From Selaginella moellendorffii (Eukaryota; Plantae; Lycopodiophyta): a stretch of DNA of 64,000 nt. The notes beneath the pieces were generated by a model. The model did not search any database. It was not told where the DNA came from and saw nothing but the letters and a program-made list of their open reading frames with translations. The stretch covers positions 143,421 through 207,420 of the forward strand of contig NW_003314329.1 of the NCBI RefSeq assembly GCF_000143415.4, given 5' to 3'. A program made the translations under genes and the position numbers. Numbering within the stretch: position 1 is the stretch's first letter; every line of letters starts with the position of its first letter. Shown here one piece after another: positions 54,401 through 64,000 of the stretch.

Positions 54401-57400
54401 TATCCGTTGATTGTTGCACCAAGCAACATCGAATCTCTACCTCCCTCCTTGAGGTATTGTTTCGGTTCCATAGCAAAGACTCTTGTTTGCCAAGTCCGGA
54501 GGACGTTCACCCCTAGTACGTCTCTTTAGCATCTTCTGCTATGGGCTCTATCCACGGCCCAACTTCGTGACCCTCCCATGGGTCTTTTATAGAGACTACT
54601 TTCCTCGGACTCACTATGCCATCGCACGGACATAGTTTATTTCCCTTAGGTGCTCTTCCCACTTGGTTATCACGACCAAGCCACACCACCTTAAACAGTT
54701 CAATTTCAACATTTTGAACCAGGAACTTCATTCCTTAGCCAACCAAGGACCTTGTCCTTATCTGGCCATAAGATCACCTAGTGATCTCACCTTGGCACCT
54801 TAACAGAGTTGCCAAGAGGTACTTGGTTTTCTAGACCTCCAAGTTGTTGACTATAACCCCGGGGGCATCCCCCACACTTGGCGGTGCACCCAAGCTAGCC
54901 CTTACGGCCAAGGGTTCATAGCAACTGAGATTAGGTGTCCCCATCTCACTCACCACGACCTTGGTGCCACTTGCACCAAAGTGTTCAAGTTAGATATGCT
55001 GAGCTTTCACACTAAGCAATCTAACCATGCATCACGACTCCGAGGCATCCCTCGCTTGGCGGTGTGCCCAAACCAGTCTCCCCACTGAGAGTCCATAACC
55101 ACCGAAATATGAGTGTCCTCATATTCCAAACCATCACCACGCCCTAGTGATTTGGGACTCGAACCCAAGCACTAGAGGGTCGGGACTCGAACCCAACCTC
55201 CGTATATGCATCTACGGACGGCATCACACTAGATGCCTGGCGTGACTCCCCACGCCGGTGCACCAACCTATTTTTAAAGCGCGCTACAGATCACAGCTTA
55301 GGAACCTAGTTCCTCCACACTGCCAAGTCCTCTCACTTGACATGTCTGTGATCATGCATGGACTCCTCCATGCTCGGCCCCATGGCCCACCCTTTTTGAA
55401 GTTTTCACCTTCAACTAGGGTCTTTGTTCCCCCGACGTGCCAATCTCACTTGGCAAGTTCTCCGACCATTGTAACATGGTTCCTGCATAAGCGTGAAAGT
55501 CCTTGACCATCGACTTTCGTTCAAATCCCTCTCTTTGAACACTCGGGAACTACTTCCCTAACCTTGATAACCTTGCCTCATGGCAAGCTTCAAGACCACG
55601 CTTCTGCTGCGCCACTCTGATTTCGCGCGTTCCATGAACCATTTACACTTGGCCTTTCTAGGTACTACGCTACCTAGAATCGTCTTTGGGAACCTTGAAG
55701 GAACTCTGTCCCTCAGCTTGCTAAGGCCTCCCCTTTCGCAAGCTTTATAGTTGCCATATAGTCTAACATGGACAATTCCATATTTTAGACTCTCCATGGC
55801 ATCACGGTTGCTAGCAACAACATCCTCAAGCACCCTCTTGATTCTCCACTCCCAGTTGGCATAACCAACCTTGGTTATGCCCTTTGATTCCTATGGTTCG
55901 GTTCTATCCCCTTACTTCTTGCTTTTTGGCTTCACACCTTTCCTTTGGTCATTCTCCTCCAGACCAGGAGGATAACTTTGCACTTTCTATCATGCCTTAG
56001 CAAGTATTCTTAGGGATGAACCTACCCAATAGCCTAGGGAGTGGTTCTTCAATCCGGGTATGTTCACTTTATAATCCAACACACTGGGATTACATTGTTG
56101 CTTATGGGCCTTTACATGCCCATCACTAGCCTTGCCAAAATTCCATTTTTGGCTTTGTCCAACTCGGGTAGACAGTCCTCTCCTGTCTCCGCAACCTTGG
56201 ACATTTGGATAGCACCTTCTATCCATCATTCGCTAGGGACTTAGTCCCTTGGGCTTTATCCATTGCCCTCGCGACATCAAACATCACCTTCTGGTGTTCT
56301 AGAGTGTTCGAGTGTCCCAATGATGGCTTTCTTGACAATGAGTATTTCCTTTTATGACATTGACTTACTATATCGCAACATAAGCAACTTATCCCCCGTA
56401 AGGGTATATCCGACTTCCCTATACTAGAAGTCTTGGGTAGCTACCTTCTACCCGTTTAACCAGTTATTTTGCACCTCTTGCTTAGTTGCCTCATGGTTGT
56501 CAAGTCCTACAACTCATTGCTTGGTGCTTGCACACCTCCATCATTATCTGGGTCACCGCACTCCAACTGCATGCTCTGCAGCTTAGGCTATGCCATTCCC
56601 ATTTCCATTGGGATTCCTTTGGCAAGGGGTTCTCATGAACCCACCAACATAGCCTCAAGGTATCACACCTTGGCACATTTGGTGTCTCCACACCATCAGC
56701 TCCACGAGCCTACCTCTATGACACTTCCCCTTCGTGTTTAAGTCTTTGCCAAGACCAACACCGCTCTTTCTCATGCCAACCATCCGTTAGCACTACACCA
56801 TAGAGGTCACACACAACTTTGTGTCAAAGTTGTTTTCTTCTGGGAACACCTTTCCCATAACTTTAGCATGGCACATTTTGCCATCGATGAGATACTCTTT
56901 GTTCTCATCCTTGGATCCTATGATCCCCCCCCATCCTTTGTGGGGTACAACGCACCTCAGTCCAAATGCTTCTATCAGTCCTTTTAGGACCATCCCTTGA
57001 CTCTACTTGAGTCGTCTAGCAGTTTTGGACTTGGTTAATCCACTGACCCGTAAGGTCCTACTTGTGAGGCACTAGCTCACTGGAATACACTTCTTGCATT
57101 CCGGTCCTACTCAAAAGGACTATTTTCACAAGTGTTACTCCGACACTTGATTTTGTTCTCTGGGGGCAACCATTGCCCCTTAGGACTACTTGTCCATGTG
57201 ATGAGAATACCAACTCATCCACTTAATACACCCCCAACTCCTTGGGTTGTTCCAGCATTTATTAGAGGTAGCCCCGGCTACCATTTCAAGGACTTGAGTC
57301 CTCTTCCGTATTTGACCTTCCACGGTCATTACCTTTGGTTTCACATTCATGAGCACCAACCTCAACTATATAAGGAAAACCTTGCACTGTTCCCAAGATC

Positions 57401-59448
57401 CCAAAGTCGTTCCATTATTGGCCCTTTTCTATCCACCACCTCGTCTACAAGTTCACACATGAACTGTAATGGAGAGCCATGTCTTCCCGACTTGCTACTC
57501 CTCAAGGATAGGCGCACTCCTCGGACCTTCCGATGCCAACACTAGTGGTGATATACTTGAGCACCAATAAAAGTCAGACTAAGGAACAGCTCCGATACCA
57601 AATTGTAAGCGACTAAATTTTCCATTCTACTTTAGTCACTTAACCACACCTCCGACCACTTGGAGGAGTCTCATTCACAACCTCTATCAGTCCAATTTAG
57701 GACTTGGGACTTGCTAGCCCCAAGAATGGCATCCATGCCACTCCACACTTGCACCTGGTCCAAGTGCTCCATGTGTCCGGTCCTGAGACCGACACCCAAA
57801 GGTACCACTGACATCTCGGCCCGTTACGCTAAGGCCATGCCCATTCACCTTTGCTGCACTAGTGGTTCAACACCACTTGCATCACCACCTCGTCTCTCCA
57901 AGACTGGGCCATGTGTCCACGAGTGGTCATCCTAGATCCACTCCTTAGCATCCTTAGGATGCCCACAGACCTGGGGAATTGCCTTCCCCAAAGTCCCTTT
58001 GTCAGTTCCTACCAAGTCCCTTTCTGCCCCTGGCCGTGTTTGCCAACACTGCCACTAGATCGAGGCCCATAGGCCCGACCACTAAGTCCCACGGTCCTCT
58101 GGGACTTCCTCACCACATGACTGTGTCCTTGGTCACTACCCCAGAGGACTGCTCCTCTTCCTTTCCACAGTCTGGGCCTTTGGGACAACATTTCGGAACA
58201 CCGTGGCCTTACGCGAGCCACCTAGGTACTCTCCCCACCTATCGCCTTTAGGTGCTCTAGCCATGGGCTTAGAGTGAGGTTCCATTGAGCCACGCTTGGT
58301 ATCCAAGTAGGTAGTGCCACCCACACTTGGACTGGGAGCATCGGCCAGTCGATCTCCCGGGGGAACTAGAGCCGGCTCTTGAACACTTCACCAAGCTACC
58401 CCGCTTGTCGGTCCGTATTCACTCTAGTCTTGGACTTCCCAGTGGTCAGTTCATCACCCAACACTGGGTCTGGCCTTCCTGGGCCAAACTAGCCTTTCCT
58501 GGCCAAACTGGCTCCACTGCAGTCCTCCCCCTACTATACTTTTGGAGCTCACCAAACCCCCCAGGGTCTGGGAGACGAACGCTTTGGGCTTTCACCCTCT
58601 CAGGCTCCGGACTTGGACTCGGACTCGGACTCGGACTCGGACTCGGACTCGGATTCGGACTCGGACTCGGGCTCGGGCTCGGTCTTCGCCTCGGCCTCGG
58701 TCTCGGTCTCGGTCCCGATCTCGGTCTTGGTATCGGTCTCGGTCCCGGTCTCGGTTCCGGTCTCGGTCTCGACTTCGGACTCCATCTCGGACTCCATCTC
58801 GGACTCCATCTCGGGTCCATCTCGGACTCCATCTCGGACTCCATTTCGGGTCCATCTCGGGTCCACCTCGGACTCCATCTCGGACTCCATCTCGGACTCC
58901 ATCTCGGGTCCATCTCGGACTCCATCTCGGACTCCATTTCGGGTCCATCTCGGGTCCACCTCGGACTCCATCTTGGACTCCATCTCGGACTCCATCTCGG
59001 GTCCATCTCGGACTCCACTTCGGACTCCAGCTCGGGTCCATCTCGGGTCCACCTCGGACTCCATCTCGGACTCCATCTCGGACTCCATCTGGGGTCCATC
59101 TCGGACTCCACTTCGGACTCCAACTCGGGTCCATCTCGGGTCCACCTCGGACTCCATCTCAAGTCCATCTCAGACACTCCCACGTGTCATGTGTTGGTCC
59201 TTTTGGGTCCCTTTTTGGAGCCTTGCCTTTTGCTCGATTCGTGCTTGTTCCTCGAGCACTTCGTTGGGAGTTCCACTCCCGCTCTTGACTTTTCAAGTCG
59301 GAGCTTTTGGTCCAAACGTTTTACGCTCGTTTGGCTCTCGCTTCGGCCACTACCATGTGGCGCCCTTCCGGCTCCACTTTGGGGCCTAGGGATTTTGTGT
59401 CTCACACAGCGGAGGAAGGTCATACAAGACAAACCATCACGTAAATAA
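48071..59448 (+). pseudogene. Multi-exon transposon cargo gene: ParB/Srx-like domain, possible degenerate amino-methyltransferase fold, acidic tail; interrupted by a LARD
   Basis: Predicted introns 48074-48312, 49489-49542, 50867-50916, 51004-~51059, 51132-51180, 51325-51371; the first two splices keep frame. FYAVSGQHS resembles ParB GxxR. Three TGA (likely from CGA) at 50203-50370. Last codons resume at 59412 after the LARD. Confidence 0.65.
51895..59406 (-). mobile_element. LARD copy 3, complete (7.5 kb)
   Basis: LTRs 51895-53690 and 57604-59406. TSD CAGCG. PBS and PPT present. Confidence 0.95.
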
Positions 59449-59509
59449 TAGTACATCCATTCCTAACCTTTTACCATTTCTAACATTGTCTATGTAGGTC
59501 GTAGAGCAA

Positions 59510-61207
59510 ATGGTAAGTAGAGATTATTCAGTTGAATTTACAAACTCTAGCCTTTAGTGTCGAGGAAGGATAGTGCCAAGCAAGGGTCGAAACGTATGTC
59601 CAATCCTTCAGAATCAGCAGTGCGCCCAAGTGATATCGGTCCTAGTTCCTCAATAGCAGTTGATGGTAAATACAGTATAGTCGATTCAATGTGCTAATGA
59701 GTTTGTTTTTAGTAGCACGGGAGGATACCATCTCAATCGAAGGGAGATATTTGGACATGCATATGGATCCGCCAGTGGACTCTACTTGCCTGCAAGAGTC
59801 ATCAGAGCTGGTGGAGGCTACTATCCATATCAACGCCAAGCAAGCTGACCACGCTCCACTTGATGCTGCCCATACCACTGAGTCAATCTTGTCCACGTAT
59901 CCAACTGACGGTGACCAGGCGCCATTGGACCCGCATGAGGCCGCCCCAGCCGCCGAGCCGGTCGTATCCTCATTTCCAACGGACTCAACGTGTGCCCAAT
60001 CGTCTGACTACGCGCCGTTGGAACCTCCCTACACCGCCCCTACTGCCTGTTCGGTCATGTCCACTTTGCCAACAGAGGCACCAGCTGAAATGGCGTGTGA
60101 TCACACGCCATCGGAACCACCCCATGCCACTGTTGAGCCAGTTGTACCAGAGTCTACAGCTGAAATGGCATGTGCCCACACGCCATCGGATGCGATTGAC
60201 CCCACATTGCAGAGGAGAGTATTTCCGCCCTTCACGTTTCCTCGACCAAAACCCTCTCAACGACCATCGGGAGCACCATTCGCTAATATTGTAGATGGTA
60301 AAATTGACTTGTACCATTTTTTATGCTGACGCATTTCATTTCAGAGTCACGGCGAAGGTACTGTATCATTTTTGATCTGAACGGTGTCCTTTTCTCCCAT
60401 GAGCGTGGCTCGTCCTCGAATGTCATTGCACCCTCCAAAGCCTGCGGTCGCAAGTTGGTCAAAAGAGACAGATTCACATTAATCACACGGGAGAAACTGC
60501 GGGATCTAATAATGACCATGCGACACTTAAAACAGAGGGCCGGGTTCAATTTGCAATTGGGAGTTTGGACATCTATGATGCGCCACAATGCATTAACGTT
60601 GCTACAGATGATGCACGATCAGACGCGAGTAATATTACCATTTGACTTTCTCCTAACGCAGGAGGATTGCTTGACTATGGTCCATGTGAGGGGTAGCAAG
60701 CCCATCTTCGTCAAGCCAGAGGCTGTAGTGATGAACCGGAGTGCTAGGTCAAGTGAAATCCTCATCATCGATGACTCGCCGATTAAAACTGCAGCGAACA
60801 CGCACACATATGCAGTGCACCCCATCTCTTGCAGTATGGAAACTAGGGAGAAGAAACCGTATGTTCTGGGGGACCTTGCAAAATGGCTTGGAGCGATGGT
60901 GATAGAGAACCGGCCAGTCCAGGAGGTGGCTGCAGAAATCAACCAAATGGCAGATGGAACGGTATATCAGAAACCATTTGATCTGACAGACACCAGTCAT
61001 CATTTATGGCATGTATATTGTCTAGCCAAGCACTATCCGCATCTCCATAATCTGCTCAACCGGATGGGTTCTTCGACCACTGAACATGAGCGTGGACGTA
61101 TTAGAGAAGAGATGGCATTACTATTGGGTTTAAATCCTGATAGTGTGGAGAGTGATGAAATTCCAAGATTATTGTATAGGCGTTGGAGGCAAAAAATAAC
61201 AGTCTGA
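59510..61207 (+). CDS. FCP1/NIF HAD phosphatase-like cargo gene, join(59510-59512,59551-59593,59713-60297,60345-61207)
   Basis: Three GT-AG introns (38, 119 and 47 nt) give one open frame: a Pro/Ser/Thr-rich N-terminus followed by DLNGVL...GVWTS...DDSP. Confidence 0.75.
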
Positions 61208-63516
61208 GATGGCATGTATTTATTTAAAAATGTAACTTATTATGGCATGGGGTTCCATGCCATTGTATTAATATTAAAAGACAATTCTTTGAGAGGATTT
61301 GCATTATACTAGAAGTGTTACAGCATGTTATTGGAAGTCTACGAAGTTGTTTTATTAATAAGGGGAAAGTAAAGATTGAATGGGGACTTGGGCTCCACCT
61401 AGACTTGGAGCAACTGAGCCAATATTAAAAGGATGGAAAGAAATTGGACGACGATGACAAGGAGAAGAGAGAGGTGAAGCAGTGGCAGGGGGAGGAGAAG
61501 TGATTGAGTAGACATTTCCTTGTTTAAAATAAAATGGCATGTGCCTCAATGCAGTTGAATTTTGTTATATTTATATACTATATAAAGGTTTGGAAACCTT
61601 ATTTTACAAGTGGGATAATGACAATTCCCACTTTAACGAAATAGAGCTTATGTTGCATTTTGTCAAATCGAGTTAACACTTGATACTCACATAAACCTTT
61701 GAAGTAATGACATTGGCATTGCTGGTGGTGTTGCTCAATTGATGATCAAATCATTGTGATACTTATATCATATCCATGTGATAATGAGCAATGTGATTAC
61801 GAAGTTGCTTGGTTAAATGATGATTGACCCCAAAGTGGTTGATGGAAAAGCTAGTCTACTTGCACGTAGTAGCATTGTAGTAGCTTTGACTAGATTCTCG
61901 ATGATGGTCCATTATGCTAAGCTTAAGTTTGTTCCTTGTTCCTTGAGGGTTTGCCCATGAGGTGTTGGAAAACAGTTGTAGTATTCATTTGCTATAGCTC
62001 ATCAGTTAATTTGTTAACACTTGGAGTAGATTATCGAATGGAGAAGGTGTGTAGTTGACGCATTGACATCACTAGCACTTATGTTAGTGGAAGTGGCATT
62101 GTTATTCGAGTGATGAGGAATTTTCCTTAGAGCTTGATTTTTCATGTCATTTTTCTTGTTAGTGTTTTGGCTTCACATTGTATCTTGAAAGTGATTGAAG
62201 AAGAGTGTAGTGCAATGTGGATATCCAAAGATATGGTCTTCGTGATCAAGCCTTGGATGTTCCATTTGCATTTTACGGATGTCAGTGTTGGATGTCAAAA
62301 GAATGGGCAAAAAGGATGTTAGATGCTTAAGCATATTATGGGACCATGAGAATTTGTGTCGAGGTGAACCTATATGAAATTGTAGGTAGGAGGAAGTTGG
62401 TTGAGTCTTGAAACTTTGTATTCCTGGACTGAGAGTCATTCTTTCTCTGGGATGGAAATTTTCCATAAATTTTCTTAGACTTTTCCACTGGCTGATCTGT
62501 TGATCACTTTGTTCGAAAACCATTTCGTTTTTGTAAGCCAATACAAACTAGTGAAGGGGGTGGAGTTGACTTCAATTGGCTTAGACCTTAGTAGGTAGTT
62601 TGTATAATGCGACCGAAAGGGATGCTAACTTTTGGGGCTAAGGCAATTGAGTTGGATAGAGTCTAGAGTTAGTGTAGAAAAGTGGCCATTGTGCTTTTCT
62701 AAGAAGGGTGACCCTTGTGCCTTTCTTCTGTGGTATTATGCTTGGTGGCAGGTTACACCTTGCATTTCGTAAGACTCTATGAGAATAGTGAGCTCTCACT
62801 GATCTTGACTTGGTTTTGGTGGCTTTGCACCTTGGCTGAGGATGGTGATGTCCAACTTAGTTGTTTGCAGTTGAGATGTTGATACCTGTATTATAGCTTT
62901 GTTTATAAGGAGGTTATATACCGATATGAGTTCATCTCATAGTCTTCACTTTAGTTTTGACTAAGTGTTGATCATGCATAGCTGGCCTCTTCAAGGCATG
63001 CTCAGAGCCATTGGCTAAACGTGTTGGTGAGCTTATCACGGCTGAGTTGGATTCAAGTTGTCTCTTAGTTCGTGCTTGTCCATGAACCTTTATCTCATAC
63101 CTGGGGTATTACGTTCTTGTTGGACAAGTGTGTAACTCGATGGCATGAGTTTAGTGTTGGGTCTTATGAAAGGCAAATTGAAGAGTGATTGTTAGTTGTT
63201 TGGCAACTAGTGATTGCTTGTAGACTTTGTCAAGGACTATTGACACTTGCTTCACTCGATGAAGATTTATCAGTGATGGGTTTACTTTATCGGATGGTGT
63301 TGCTGAGGATCGTGTCGTTTGACTTACATGGGTTTTCCATGTTGATATATTGATTCAACCTCTGTTGATATCATTTTATTGCATTTAGTTCATGGTGTTG
63401 GATTTCATTGAGTTTTGGATGTGGTGAATCACTCCTTGATGAAGTGTTATCTATACCTGAGTATTATTGAAGGATTGGTCTCAGATACTATGTATAGTAT
63501 CTTCGACTTTGGTTAG

Positions 63517-64000
63517 TGTGAGACACAAATCCCTAAGCCCCAAAGTGGAGCCGAAAGGGTGCCACGTAGTAGTGGCCGAAGCAAAAGACAAATGAGCATA
63601 ACACGTTTGGACTAAAGGCTCTGACTTGAAAGGTTGAGAGCGGGAGTGGAACTCCCAATGGAGTGCTCAAGGAACGAGCATGAAGCGAGCAATAAGCAAG
63701 GCTTCAAAAAGGGACCCAAAAGGACCAACACATGACATGTGGAAGTGTCCAAGATGGAGTCCGAGATGGACCCGAGTTAGAGTCCGAGATGGAGGCCGAG
63801 ATGGAGTCCGAGATGGACCCGAGATGGAGTCTGAGATGGAGTCCGAGATGGACCCGAGATGGAGTCCGAGATGGAGTCCGAGACGGAGTCCGAGATGGAG
63901 TCCAAGACGGAGTCCGAGATGGAGTCTGAGACGGAGTCCGAGATGGAGTCCAAGATGGATCCGAGATGGAATCCAAGATGGAGTCCGAGAAGGACCCGAG
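63517..64000 (+). mobile_element. Diverged LARD-family LTR, cut by the window end
   Basis: Starts TGTGAGACAC, similar to 45628 onward, and contains the GATGGAGTCCGA array. Confidence 0.85.

Larger units (their letters stand above)
35479..61649. mobile_element. Giant DNA transposon (Sola-like), 26.2 kb with nested material, ~12.4-kb core
   Basis: Perfect 24-bp TIR AAGCTCTATTTCGTTAAAGTGGGA (35479-35502 / 61626-61649). 4-bp TSD ATGT (35475-35478 / 61650-61653). Contains a transposase and two cargo genes. Confidence 0.88.

Overview
Eukaryotic (land-plant; the ~50-nt introns, TTTAGGG repeats and Chlamys-type PLE suggest a non-seed plant such as a lycophyte, which is inference) heterochromatic window with no ordinary host genes. 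Positions 1-4144 hold a minus-strand 35S rDNA unit (partial 25S, ITS2, 5.8S, ITS1, 18S) that shows CpG decay, carries a Cassandra-type 5S-containing LTR inside ITS1, and is fused ~25 nt short of the 18S 5' end to a DNA-transposon fragment. Next come a Naiad/Chlamys Penelope-like RT, a Gypsy integrase/LTR fragment, and a chromovirus (11789-33898, TSD GCTTG). The chromovirus has two tiny GT-AG introns in its integrase, a nested Cassandra TRIM, two nested LARDs, and a 944-bp inversion whose two TSDs are swapped between the Cassandra and a LARD. The right half is one 26.2-kb DNA transposon (35479-61649, perfect 24-bp TIRs, 4-bp TSD ATGT, ~12.4 kb without nested material). It encodes a Sola-like DDD transposase, a multi-exon ParB-like/methyltransferase-fold-like protein and an FCP1/NIF HAD-phosphatase-like protein, and it carries >20 copies of an element-specific 22-bp palindrome (ATGGCRTG-N6-CAYGCCAT), many in its introns. 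All domain calls are by-eye motif recognition, not database searches.
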